Positions 1 through 9,720 of a DNA stretch of 64,000 nucleotides are shown here, piece after piece. This stretch comes from Minisyncoccota bacterium. GTDB lineage: Archaea; Nanobdellota; Nanobdellia; Pacearchaeales; GW2011-AR1. The notes under the pieces are model-generated. The model searched no databases. It saw nothing but the letters and a program-made list of their open reading frames with translations, and was not told the DNA's origin. The position numbers and the translations under genes are program-made. The DNA lies in assembly GCA_035453125.1 (NCBI GenBank), contig DAOTCN010000002.1, positions 138,715 to 202,714 on the forward strand, read 5' to 3'. Position 1 is the first letter of the stretch. Each line of letters starts with the position of its first letter.

Positions 1-119
1 GCTATTATGATTCTATAAGTATATGAAAAAATTTTAGATAATATTAATGAAAAAAATATGAAAAATGAAGTATTAACTATGTCAGTTAATCCTTTCTCTA
101 TTTCAATGTTTTTTTCCAT
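1..119 (-). CDS. N-terminal fragment of a probable polysaccharide flippase (Wzx/MOP-like), runs off the left edge
   Basis: ATG is the complement of 117-119 and the frame stays open to position 1. It translates to MEKNIEIEKGLTDIVNTSFFIFFSLILSKIFSYTYRIIIA, resembling flippase N-termini. Only about 39 codons are visible. Confidence 0.3.
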   Translation of the reverse strand, partial: MEKNIEIEKGLTDIVNTSFFIFFSLILSKIFSYTYRIII

Positions 120-179
120 AAAAATAGAACTGATTAGTAGTTTAAAATTGTTACCAAAAAGTCATTTTGAAAAATAGAA

Positions 180-1526
180 TTAATCAACTATTCTGTAACT
201 ATCAAAATAGTTCTTTGTTCCTTGCCAATCAACAGATGTTTTCTTGTTTGTTATCTGATCCGTTAGCTTAATAGCCATATCCCAACACTGATCTATATTG
301 TTATAGTTAAATAATCCTTGTCTACCTAACAAGTAAAAATTATTTATCTTTTCAAAGAAATTTGTTATGTTAGAAAGATTTTCTTTATATCCTTTGAGAT
401 AAATAGGATAAGCTTTTGGTAAAGTCATTACAAAATGTTCAATAATCTCATCTTTTTTTGCTATTTTTACTTCTTCAAGTTGATTAATAATTTTATTTAT
501 TAAATCGTCAGTTATTTCTTTGGTTGTCTCAACCATAATAACAGTCTTATCTTCTGGTAAACCTTCAGATGAAAATGCTTTTTGTTCACTTACTCTCTGA
601 AAAATAATTTTATTTTCTGGGAAAAAAACCCAACAATCATTCATTGCCCTTGGCTTATTTAAAACAAAATAAATAATATTAAGCTTATTATATCTGATAA
701 GTTCTTCAGATTCTTTTTGATGATTATTTTCGGTTAAATTATAAAGATCATCTAGTGGAATTGTAGAAACATAGTAGTCTGCTTTTATCTTTTTGCCATT
801 AACTAGAACATACTGTATTTTTGATTTTGATATTTTTATTTCTTGAATTTTTGAATTAGTTAATATTTTTCCTTTATTTTTAGTTATTTCTTTATTTAAT
901 TGATCTAAAAGATTTTTTATTCCTTTTTCAGGATAATAAAAATATTCTGCACTAATCTCTTTATTATTCTTAAAAATAATACTTTTAATTAATTGTGAAA
1001 CGCTTTTAACAGCAACTCTTCTCTTTGCAAGTTCTGGATCAAGTTTTTGTGGGTCTGAATTCCATACTTTAAAGGCATAATCTTTAAATGAAAGTTCATA
1101 AAGTGTCTTTCCAAAACGATTAATTAAAAAGTTTTCATAAGAATCATCCGGTCTTTTACTTAAAGATTTTGTAAAAATACTAAATCCTGTTTTTACTGCT
1201 GTAACTGGTATTTTTGTTGCAATTTGACTTAATTTAAGAGGAAAATCAAAATATTTACCTTTCAAATAAATTGAATTTTTTTTCTGGACTTTAACAAGAG
1301 GAACTAAAGAAGAAATTTCTTCCATTATTCCTGGAAGTTCGGTATAAAGCTTATGTGGTCCTGAATCTAACAAAAAATCTCCATGTGTAAAACCTCTTGC
1401 AGTTCCTCCAATAAAATCTTCTTTCTCAATAACTGTAACATTAAAATCTTTTGACAAATAATATGCTGAAACAAGACCCGTAAAACCTGCTCCAAGAATT
1501 AATATTTTTTTTCTTTTTTTTGCCAT
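180..1526 (-). CDS. FAD/NAD(P)-binding oxidoreductase (amine-oxidase / phytoene-desaturase-like fold)
   Basis: N-terminal Rossmann dinucleotide motif KILILGAGFTGLVSAYYLSK...VIEKEDFIGG. 448 aa. Located in a glycosyltransferase cluster. Confidence 0.7.
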   Translation of the reverse strand: MAKKRKKILILGAGFTGLVSAYYLSKDFNVTVIEKEDFIGGTARGFTHGDFLLDSGPHKLYTELPGIMEEISSLVPLVKVQKKNSIYLKGKYFDFPLKLSQIATKIPVTAVKTGFSIFTKSLSKRPDDSYENFLINRFGKTLYELSFKDYAFKVWNSDPQKLDPELAKRRVAVKSVSQLIKSIIFKNNKEISAEYFYYPEKGIKNLLDQLNKEITKNKGKILTNSKIQEIKISKSKIQYVLVNGKKIKADYYVSTIPLDDLYNLTENNHQKESEELIRYNKLNIIYFVLNKPRAMNDCWVFFPENKIIFQRVSEQKAFSSEGLPEDKTVIMVETTKEITDDLINKIINQLEEVKIAKKDEIIEHFVMTLPKAYPIYLKGYKENLSNITNFFEKINNFYLLGRQGLFNYNNIDQCWDMAIKLTDQITNKKTSVDWQGTKNYFDSYRIVD

Positions 1527-1527
1527 T

Positions 1528-2946
1528 TTATTTTTTTATAAATGTATTAAAAGCCATTTTCACATCGTCAAAAATTTCTCCTTTTTTTATACTCCTAATC
1601 AACCTACTTGCAATGTAACTTGGCCTAAAATAAAACCTTTTATGAAATTTATCATAATATTCTTGAAGTGTCTCCCAAGAAAGAGTAGGATGATTATATA
1701 CTCTTGAAGCTGTATGAAAATTGTATTTTGTCCAATCTTTAGTTGTTAAAAGCCCTTTCTTTTCAAATTCCTCAAAAACCTGTGTTGATGGAAGTGGAAC
1801 AAGTATTGTTGCTTTTGCATAATCAAGACCTAAAGAAATAGCAAAATCAATTGTCTGATCCATTGTTTCTTTTGTATCTTCTGGAAGACCTAACATAAAA
1901 AAACCAGATGTTTCCATTCCTGCTTCTTTTGCCCATTTAACAGCATTTCTTGCTTGTTCTGTTGTTGCTCCTTTATTTATTGAATTTAAGATATAATCAT
2001 TTCCCGACTCAAAACCAAAAGCTACTTTGTAACATCCTGCTTTAACACATTTTTCAAAGAATTCTTTGTCAACGCAGTTAACTCTAACACCGCACTCCAA
2101 CTGCCAAGAAAATTTTAAACCTCTAGAAACAATTTCATCACAAACTGCCTTTGCTCTTGGAAGATCTGTAGCAAACATGTCGTCCCAAACATGAATCTCT
2201 TTAAATCCATTCTTTAATAACAACTCAAATTCATCTACAACCCTTTTAACAGATTTTGCTCTAAACTTTCTTCCAAAAACAGATTTATTACAATATGTAC
2301 ATCCATAAACACATCCTCTTGAAGTACCTATTGTTCCAACAGGATTTTCTCTTGCAATTGCTTTTGGATTCATATAAATCTTAGAATTAAAAAGATGCCA
2401 TGCTGGCATTGGAAGACTATCAAGATTTTCAACTAACAGTCTTGGAGAATTTTTTACTATTTTTCCATGTTTATCTTTATATGCTAATCCTTTAATTAAT
2501 TTTAAAGATTTACCTTTGACAATCTCCTGCAATGTTATATCCCCCTCACCAAAAACCACCATGTCAATTTCTTCTATTTTTGCAACTTCTTCTGGAAAAA
2601 TTGTTGAATGAACACCTCCTGCAATTATCTTTATTTTTGGAAACTTTTGTTTTATAAATAATGCAACACTTTTTGCTTCTTCGAATAATAAAGTTGTAAA
2701 GGTAATTCCAATATAATCAGGATTATAGTTATTTATTATCTCTTCAATTTCTTTATAAGGCTCTTCTGATACTTGAAGATCTAAAATTTTACAATCATTT
2801 CCAGTATTTAGTACACTACCTGCTAACTCTGCCATTGAAACAAATGGCCTGGGAGCAATTATTCCTTTAAGAGCTGACTTGCCATAAACTTTTATTGTAG
2901 ATGGCATATTCATTAAAAGGACTTTAACCTGTTTTTTGACCATCAT
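1528..2946 (-). CDS. B12-binding-domain radical SAM enzyme
   Basis: CxxxCxxC cluster motif SRGCVYGCTYC preceded by a Rossmann-like cobalamin-binding-type N-terminal domain (IIAGGVHSTIFPEE). 472 aa. Confidence 0.8.
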   Translation of the reverse strand: MMVKKQVKVLLMNMPSTIKVYGKSALKGIIAPRPFVSMAELAGSVLNTGNDCKILDLQVSEEPYKEIEEIINNYNPDYIGITFTTLLFEEAKSVALFIKQKFPKIKIIAGGVHSTIFPEEVAKIEEIDMVVFGEGDITLQEIVKGKSLKLIKGLAYKDKHGKIVKNSPRLLVENLDSLPMPAWHLFNSKIYMNPKAIARENPVGTIGTSRGCVYGCTYCNKSVFGRKFRAKSVKRVVDEFELLLKNGFKEIHVWDDMFATDLPRAKAVCDEIVSRGLKFSWQLECGVRVNCVDKEFFEKCVKAGCYKVAFGFESGNDYILNSINKGATTEQARNAVKWAKEAGMETSGFFMLGLPEDTKETMDQTIDFAISLGLDYAKATILVPLPSTQVFEEFEKKGLLTTKDWTKYNFHTASRVYNHPTLSWETLQEYYDKFHKRFYFRPSYIASRLIRSIKKGEIFDDVKMAFNTFIKK

Positions 2947-3043
2947 TTTAAGAGATAAGGTGCATTTTTAAAGATTTATAAGGTAAAGTTATGTTAAATA
3001 ATTGGAATATATCTTTAAATAAACATTATTTATTGTTTTTTAT

Positions 3044-4519
3044 ATGAAAGTTCTATTTTTGTATAATCGATTTGAAAGTTTAGGTATTGAAATATTGTCA
3101 GCTATACTAAAAGAAAAAAAACATGAAGTCAAACTTGCATTTGATCCCCAATTATTCAATGATGGATATTTAAATATTCCTTATTTAAGTAAAAGGTATG
3201 ATTATACTCAAAAAATCCTAAAATATATAAAAGAATATCAACCAGAAGTTATATGTTTTAGTGTTTTAACTGATAATTACCAATGGGCGTTAAAACTTGG
3301 AAAAATAATCAAAAATGAATTTAATATTCCAATAATATTTGGTGGTGTTCATGTTACTTCTGTTCCTGAAGAAGTAATGTCTAATGATTTTATTGATTTT
3401 GCTATAATTGGTGAAGGAGATATTGCCTTAGTTAAACTGCTTGATTGTATTGAAAATAATAAAGATTATAAAAAAATAAAAAACCTTGTTTTTAGAAAAA
3501 AAGGAGAAATTATTAAAAATGATGTTGGAAATCTAATTAAAAATCTTAATTCCATTCCATTTCCGGATAAAGATATATTCTATGAATTTATTCCATTTGC
3601 AAAAAAAACATATTCAATTATGACTGGGAGGGGATGTCCATTTTCCTGTACTTATTGTTTTAATAGTATGTACAAAAAAATTTACAAAAATAAAGGAGTA
3701 TATCTAAGAAAAAGAAGTGTTGATAATGTAATTCAGGAGTTAAAAGAAAGAAAATTAAAATATAATTATAATTTTGTATCAATACTTGATGATGTTTTTA
3801 TGACTGATGAAAAATGGACAGAAGAATTCTGTAAAAAGTATTTAGAAAATATCAATTTACCTTTTAGGTGTATAGGCCATGTTAACTGTATAAATGAGAA
3901 TATTGTTCAAATGCTAAAGAAATCCGGTTGTAAAATAATCCAAATTGGTGTCCAAACTACTTGTGACTACACTAGAAAAAATGTAATAAAAAGATATGAA
4001 ACAAATGATGCGATAAAAAGGGCAGCAGAAATAATAAAAAAATATGGAATTTCTTTAGAAATAGATCATATAATTGGTTTTCCTTATGAAACAGAGAATG
4101 AACAGATAGAAGCAGCAAAGTTTTATAATGAAATAAGGCCAGAAATAATAAACTGTTATTGGTTAAAATGTTTTCCAGAGACAGAAATAATTCAACATAT
4201 GATTAAAGATAAAAAGCTTATTGAAAAAGATGTGGAATCAATTAATAAAGGATTGGAGGCCTCTTATATAAGTGGAGGAAGTGTTAAAAATATGAAAGAA
4301 ATGAAAAAATTTTTCTCATTATTTAATATGATTTCCATATTACCTAAATCTTTTGTTAATTACATAATCAATCATAAGTTATATTACTTAACTAACTTTG
4401 GTAAAACATTTATGATTTTTATAAGAAGTATTAAAAGCATATTTTCAATAGACATAAGACTTCTTGAATTTTTTTATTTCTATAAAAGATATATTTTTAA
4501 ATCAATAAGATTAAATTAA
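3044..4519 (+). CDS. B12-binding-domain radical SAM enzyme (paralogue type 2)
   Basis: GRGCPFSCTYC radical SAM motif and N-terminal IIFGGVHVTSVPEE B12-binding-like domain. 491 aa. Divergent from 1528-2946. Confidence 0.8.
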   Translation: MKVLFLYNRFESLGIEILSAILKEKKHEVKLAFDPQLFNDGYLNIPYLSKRYDYTQKILKYIKEYQPEVICFSVLTDNYQWALKLGKIIKNEFNIPIIFGGVHVTSVPEEVMSNDFIDFAIIGEGDIALVKLLDCIENNKDYKKIKNLVFRKKGEIIKNDVGNLIKNLNSIPFPDKDIFYEFIPFAKKTYSIMTGRGCPFSCTYCFNSMYKKIYKNKGVYLRKRSVDNVIQELKERKLKYNYNFVSILDDVFMTDEKWTEEFCKKYLENINLPFRCIGHVNCINENIVQMLKKSGCKIIQIGVQTTCDYTRKNVIKRYETNDAIKRAAEIIKKYGISLEIDHIIGFPYETENEQIEAAKFYNEIRPEIINCYWLKCFPETEIIQHMIKDKKLIEKDVESINKGLEASYISGGSVKNMKEMKKFFSLFNMISILPKSFVNYIINHKLYYLTNFGKTFMIFIRSIKSIFSIDIRLLEFFYFYKRYIFKSIRLN

Positions 4520-5058
4520 ATTTTATCTTTTTTACCTTTATTTTTTAAGTCCCATAATGCAATATAAGTTCTATTAAAACAGGCCTTTTGATGTAAAATG
4601 GGTTCTCCTAAATGTTTATCTAATGCCCATGGAAAAATAGTCCATAAATGTTCCTTTGCTGGTAAAAAAAGTCTGAAAAAAGAAAAAAAGGGTTCATTTG
4701 GAACAGAAATTAAAATAAACCTCTTAGACAATCTTTTTAACTTTTTTATTGCATCAACAGGATTATCTAAATGTTCAAGTACTTCTGTACAAATAATAAT
4801 ATCATATTTTTTATTTTTTGAAATTTGTTCAACATTTTGTTTAACAATATTATTATTTTCTAACTTAGGATTATCATCAATCCCAGAATATTCAAACTTA
4901 TCGCCAAATTGATTGTTTAATTCCTTAAGTAAATAATCATCCATGCAACCAATATCTAATATACTTCCGGCAGGTAGCTTAGATAAAATTTTAATAATTG
5001 CATTCATTCTTATTGGTCTAAGAAATTTAACCTGAATAAAAGAATCCCATTTACTCAT
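4516..5058 (-). CDS. class I SAM-dependent methyltransferase
   Basis: Motif I-like ILDIGCMDDY followed by IIICTEVLEHLDNP (post-II/III pattern). 180 aa. Confidence 0.65.
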   Translation of the reverse strand: MSKWDSFIQVKFLRPIRMNAIIKILSKLPAGSILDIGCMDDYLLKELNNQFGDKFEYSGIDDNPKLENNNIVKQNVEQISKNKKYDIIICTEVLEHLDNPVDAIKKLKRLSKRFILISVPNEPFFSFFRLFLPAKEHLWTIFPWALDKHLGEPILHQKACFNRTYIALWDLKNKGKKDKI

Positions 5059-5063
5059 TTTAT

Positions 5064-5750
5064 TTAATTTGAAAACCTATATTTAATCAGAGTCCATAAA
5101 CCTTCAAAACCATCCTTCCATTTTATCTTTTTACCTTCTTCAGTACTTCTAGGATAATAAGAAATTGGAACTTCATATATTTTATACCCTTTTTTCCTGA
5201 CTTTTGCTGTAACTTCTGGACAAAACTCAAATTTCTCACATTTTAAATTTATATTTTTAATTACATCAGAAGAAAATACTTTGTAACATGTCGGTTCATC
5301 AGTTATATGGGCATTGTATAAAATGTTAGATGATGTTGTTAATATTCTATTAGCTAAATAAAAGTGATTTTTTAATAAAGAGGGTTTTTTAGCCATCTTT
5401 GGAAATCTAGTACCATAAACTACCTTTGCTTTATCATCTAAAATTGGTTGAATCAGTTTTGAATAATCATTGGGATCATATTCTAAGTCGGCATCTTGAA
5501 TAATAATTATATCTCCTTTAGCATAATCAAGAGCAGTCCTTATGCCCCTACCTTTTCCCATGTTCTTTTCATGAAAAACAACTTTAATTTCTTTATCTTT
5601 AATTTTTGATAAGATTTCTCTTGTTCCATCTGTAGAAAAGTCGTCAACAATTATTATTTCTTTAGATATGTCTACTTCTTTTATTTTTTTAATTATTTCA
5701 AGAATAGTATCTTTTTCATTGTAAACAGGGATTAATATAGACAATTTCAT
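5064..5750 (-). CDS. family 2 glycosyltransferase (dolichyl-phosphate sugar synthase-like)
   Basis: LSILIPVYNE...IIVDDFSTDGT...IIQDADLEYDP, the classical GT2 DxD architecture. 228 aa. Confidence 0.85.
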   Translation of the reverse strand: MKLSILIPVYNEKDTILEIIKKIKEVDISKEIIIVDDFSTDGTREILSKIKDKEIKVVFHEKNMGKGRGIRTALDYAKGDIIIIQDADLEYDPNDYSKLIQPILDDKAKVVYGTRFPKMAKKPSLLKNHFYLANRILTTSSNILYNAHITDEPTCYKVFSSDVIKNINLKCEKFEFCPEVTAKVRKKGYKIYEVPISYYPRSTEEGKKIKWKDGFEGLWTLIKYRFSN

Positions 5751-7654
5751 TTTATTCTAAGTAATATTAATCTATCAAACAAATAAGGGTTTAAAAATAA
5801 GATTAAAGGCAAAAATATAGAAATAATTGATATAATTATTGAAATGATAATAATTAACCAAGAAATTTTGTAAATTATGCTGTTTAAAGGTCCATTCACA
5901 TCATAATTATCAAATATTTTATCTTTTGGATAATAATTTACTGGATAATAAAACCATATGTGTGTTGATTCAATTAATTGAATAATCTGGGGGTCTAAAT
6001 CAACAGATGTTTGATATATTTTCAAGTCTTCTATATTCTCAGAATATTTTTTGTGACCTCCATCAGAAATAACCTTCTCTACTGGAAAGTTAGAAAAAAC
6101 TTTTATAATTTCTTCTGTTGAGAGATTAAGATCTGGTTGATCTTTAATCGTACCCCAACCACAATCATCGCTTAAACACTCAATAAAGTATAATTTATAT
6201 TTAGTTTTAGGATTTGTTAAATTGTTATTTAGTTCCAATAAATTCGGAAAAATACTTGATTCAACATAATTAAAATCATAAAAAGAAAGAACAGTTCTTC
6301 CACGATAAATTCTAGAATCAACTACCACTATTGAGTTTTTATCCATACTATTTATTGCATAGTCTCTTAATTTACAAAAACTACATTTAGTGTTAATTTC
6401 AGGTATCATTGAATAAATTTGAAAAATCAAAGTAATTGACAAAAAGATTATAATCAAATGTGAATATCTGATAGACTTGGACATTTTAGATATTTTATCT
6501 ACAAAAAAACCTGCAAAAATGCATAAAACAGGAATCATGGTTGTATAATGAGTACTAAGAGTATTTCCTGAAAGAATCAAAAAGAAAAATCCAAATAATT
6601 CAAAAGAGATTAATAAGAAAAATAATTTTTTGTTTATTGATTTAAATAACAAAATTGAAGCAAATATTCCCAATATTCCTAAAATAAATATAATTGGATC
6701 AAGGGATAAAAAGGGATATTTAATCAAGTTAAAACTTGTTATTGGTAGGCTTAATAATGAAGAAAAACCTTTATTATAACCTAATTGACCAGAATAAGCT
6801 TCTCTTGCATTGCCTATATCAAAATATTGGGCAAAATAAGTATCAACCATTTGTTTATCTTGATACCAGAGATAATTATGCACTAATATTGGTGAAAAGA
6901 ACAGCAGAATAATTAATCCAAAAATAAAAGCTTTTTTAATATTGACAAATAAATTTTTTTTACTTAACTTTTCTTTTTTAAACAAAAAGAAACCCAATAA
7001 AAATGCTGGAACAAAAAATAATGAAAGAGTTTTAACTAATGCTGCAAGACCAATAAATATTGCTGAAAAATAAGGAAATCTGTCATTCTCTAAAGATATT
7101 ATGAATGAATAAAGAGCAGCTAATAAAAAGAAAATAGCAGTTACATCCATTTCAGCAATAGTGTAAAAAAATAGAAAATAAGAAATTGCAAAGAAGAAAG
7201 AAGATATTAAACCTACTTTTTTGTTAAATGCTTTAGATCCAATTAAATAAATAAAAATAATTGATAATGAACCAAAAATAAATGATGAAAATCTCATTGA
7301 AAACATCGTAACTCCTAAAACTTTCATGAATATGTCTGATAAGTAAAACCATAAAGGTGAATGGAGTATTGTACTAATAAGTCCAGAATGCAAAAATCCA
7401 ATTGAATGTGGTCCATGAACCATTTCATCAGCATGAACTGGACTAAGATTTGATGCAGCAAGAAATCTTAGTATTATACCTAAAATTAAAATTAACAATA
7501 ACCATTTTCTTTCATCATTTGAAAATAAGAGATCAATAAGTCTATCTAAGGCTGGTTTTTTATCTTTTTTGATAGAATTAGACTCTTTCTGATTTGATTC
7601 TGATTCTTTTTTAATTTCTCCTGGTTCTTTTTTAATTTCTTCTATTCCTTCCAT
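5747..7654 (-). CDS. GT-C fold membrane glycosyltransferase (ArnT/PMT-like)
   Basis: 635 aa with many TM helices, an acidic first-loop motif (HADEMVHGPH), and a 4-nt overlap with the downstream GT2 gene. Confidence 0.55.
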   Translation of the reverse strand: MEGIEEIKKEPGEIKKESESNQKESNSIKKDKKPALDRLIDLLFSNDERKWLLLILILGIILRFLAASNLSPVHADEMVHGPHSIGFLHSGLISTILHSPLWFYLSDIFMKVLGVTMFSMRFSSFIFGSLSIIFIYLIGSKAFNKKVGLISSFFFAISYFLFFYTIAEMDVTAIFFLLAALYSFIISLENDRFPYFSAIFIGLAALVKTLSLFFVPAFLLGFFLFKKEKLSKKNLFVNIKKAFIFGLIILLFFSPILVHNYLWYQDKQMVDTYFAQYFDIGNAREAYSGQLGYNKGFSSLLSLPITSFNLIKYPFLSLDPIIFILGILGIFASILLFKSINKKLFFLLISFELFGFFFLILSGNTLSTHYTTMIPVLCIFAGFFVDKISKMSKSIRYSHLIIIFLSITLIFQIYSMIPEINTKCSFCKLRDYAINSMDKNSIVVVDSRIYRGRTVLSFYDFNYVESSIFPNLLELNNNLTNPKTKYKLYFIECLSDDCGWGTIKDQPDLNLSTEEIIKVFSNFPVEKVISDGGHKKYSENIEDLKIYQTSVDLDPQIIQLIESTHIWFYYPVNYYPKDKIFDNYDVNGPLNSIIYKISWLIIIISIIISIISIFLPLILFLNPYLFDRLILLRIK

Positions 7655-8124
7655 TTTACATCATCTAAAGACTTACAATTCCTTTTCTTGTATATTGAAT
7701 AAAAAAATGAAATAAGTTTATAAGATTTTATATTCCGAATTCTAAGCTCTATAAAATCCAGAATTTGGTGAAAAACAAATCCTACTAAAATATAAATAAA
7801 TAGTAATTGTTTTGTTAAGAAATAAGTTATTAATAAAAGAATAATTGCTTCAATACCATGAAGGAAATAAAAACCAAAATAAACTTTTCTTTTTAACTCT
7901 TTAGGTAATTGAGAATATTTTTTTTCTGTATCAATATACCAGTTATATGATTTTTTTATACTTAAATTTCTTTTTTTCCAAATAAAATATATATAATGAT
8001 CAAAGTCTATTAAAATAGATGATAAAAAAATTGTAAGAGAACCAAACCAACCAACTGATGGAAAAACAAAAAAAATAAATAATGAAAAGATAAAACCGTA
8101 AATTATATGATTTTTTGGATACAT
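7642..8124 (-). CDS. small polytopic membrane protein (possible DUF457/YdjM-like metal-dependent hydrolase)
   Basis: 160 aa with 4-5 TM segments, a DFDH motif and conserved His residues. Assignment is weak. Confidence 0.35.
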   Translation of the reverse strand: MYPKNHIIYGFIFSLFIFFVFPSVGWFGSLTIFLSSILIDFDHYIYFIWKKRNLSIKKSYNWYIDTEKKYSQLPKELKRKVYFGFYFLHGIEAIILLLITYFLTKQLLFIYILVGFVFHQILDFIELRIRNIKSYKLISFFYSIYKKRNCKSLDDVKWKE

Positions 8125-8126
8125 GA

Positions 8127-9719
8127 TTATTGATTCTCTTTTTCATTAATAATTTTAACAATATCTGCAAATGCCGGTCTTGATATTAAAACACCAACAG
8201 TTATTCCAATCATTGTTGTTAATGCAAATCCTTTTAATAGTCCAGCTGCAGCCCAAAAAAGAGGAATTAAAGAGACAAATGAAGTAAAGAATGCAGATAT
8301 TACAATAAAAAGAGCATTCTTCATTTTCTCTTTTAAACTTTCAACTTTACGAGACTTTGATTCATCAAGAATGATTATCTGTTGGTCTACCCCAGTACCC
8401 ATAGTAACCAAAATTCCTACAATGCTTGGTAAATCAAGATTCCAGTTTATAACTGAACCAACACCTAGGATAATTACTACTTCAGAAAAACTTGTAAACA
8501 AAAGAGCTAAAGAAGATTTAATTTGTCTATATTTAACAAATACAATTATACTTACTGTAATTAAACCTAAGACACCTGTAAGAATAATTAAATAATTGAA
8601 GTTATCTCCAAGAACTGGAGAAATTGTGTCAAGTTTTACAATGTTTAATTTATAAGGAAGACTACCCGTAATTAATATTGTCTGTGTTTTTTTCATAGAT
8701 TCTTCTGCATCTTTAATTGCTGAATCTCTATCTGGACCAGAACCACTACCTTGTATTTGAATTTGAGTTGTTACTTGTCCTTTGAGATTTTCTGAAATAA
8801 ATAATGAAGTTGTTAGTTGATCATCAACAAAAAAATCAATTTGTTTTTCTAAGTAATTTTCGCCACCTGAAGATGTTGATCTGTTTATTCCTAATTTACT
8901 GGTAATATCTGCATGCCTTTTAGCAGCCTCTTCACTTAAATGAACAACAAATCTGTAACTACAAACATATCCCTCACTAGTTTGTTGACATGATTCAAGA
9001 CCTGAACAAGTTGCATCATTTCTACAAACATAAGTTATGTCATTATTACCTCCAACAAAAGCAGTTTCATTTCCAATTTTTGCTTCAAATTTTCCTTGTT
9101 TTGATATTAAACTGTCCAAATCTTTAGGTGTTGCGCCTGCAATTTCAATAAGCATGTAACTATTTCCTGATAAATCTGATACTGGCTTAATTGTCATATC
9201 TGTAATACCATAAACATTAAATCTTTCTCTACTTACTGCAATAAGATCCTGCATTTGTTTATCATTAAGTTTAACTTCTGGTTGTACTAATGCCCTAGCT
9301 CCCCCTCTTAAGTCCAATCCAGTTTTAATTTTAGTCTTAGGAATATCTTCTACAATAATATCTAGTTCATCATTTGTGAAAAATGAAAATTTTTGAATTT
9401 GGGATGAAAAAGAGTTTGTTTTCGCATTAATTATAAATTTTATTTGAGTTTCTGTTTGATTTTGTGTTAAATTTGAATTGAATAATAAAGCTATTTCTTT
9501 AGAATAATCTTCAAAATTATTAATAGATTTGCCATTAATTTCAGTAATGATATATCCTGCTCTTAAACCAGATTCAAATGCTGAAGAATTAGAATCAACA
9601 CTTTTGATTACAACACCTTTTGAAAGAAATGTTGGAGGGAAACCAAATATTGCAAGAAGTGATAAAACTAAAATTATTAAAAACAACCAAATTTTCCAAG
9701 TAAGTTTTATTTTTTTCAT
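8127..9719 (-). CDS. secD: protein-export membrane protein SecD
   Basis: GLDLRGGARALV motif, large periplasmic-type domain, six C-terminal TM segments, immediately upstream of secF. Confidence 0.8.
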   Translation of the reverse strand: MKKIKLTWKIWLFLIILVLSLLAIFGFPPTFLSKGVVIKSVDSNSSAFESGLRAGYIITEINGKSINNFEDYSKEIALLFNSNLTQNQTETQIKFIINAKTNSFSSQIQKFSFFTNDELDIIVEDIPKTKIKTGLDLRGGARALVQPEVKLNDKQMQDLIAVSRERFNVYGITDMTIKPVSDLSGNSYMLIEIAGATPKDLDSLISKQGKFEAKIGNETAFVGGNNDITYVCRNDATCSGLESCQQTSEGYVCSYRFVVHLSEEAAKRHADITSKLGINRSTSSGGENYLEKQIDFFVDDQLTTSLFISENLKGQVTTQIQIQGSGSGPDRDSAIKDAEESMKKTQTILITGSLPYKLNIVKLDTISPVLGDNFNYLIILTGVLGLITVSIIVFVKYRQIKSSLALLFTSFSEVVIILGVGSVINWNLDLPSIVGILVTMGTGVDQQIIILDESKSRKVESLKEKMKNALFIVISAFFTSFVSLIPLFWAAAGLLKGFALTTMIGITVGVLISRPAFADIVKIINEKENQ

Positions 9720-9720
9720 T

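Noticed and set aside
4598-4912. Track ORFs lying antisense within longer, motif-bearing ORFs: 4598-4912, 8371-8595, 9529-9759, 10382-10639, 11865-12053, 18151-18390, 19417-19650, 21588-21818, 21986-22225, 23178-23543, 26087-26281, 29723-29911, 29754-30005, 35790-36002, 36502-36759, 37036-37224, 41086-41268, 41349-41534, 42575-42775, 43133-43324, 46700-46981, 49284-49532, 51688-52041, 51947-52138, 53971-54303, 56031-56234, 56683-56880, 59668-59946 and 60777-61019.
   Set aside because: Each is fully nested in or overlaps a longer ORF that has clear family motifs or a better context. Their translations are low-complexity (Phe/Ile/Leu/Ser-rich), as expected for the shadow frames of AT-rich genes.
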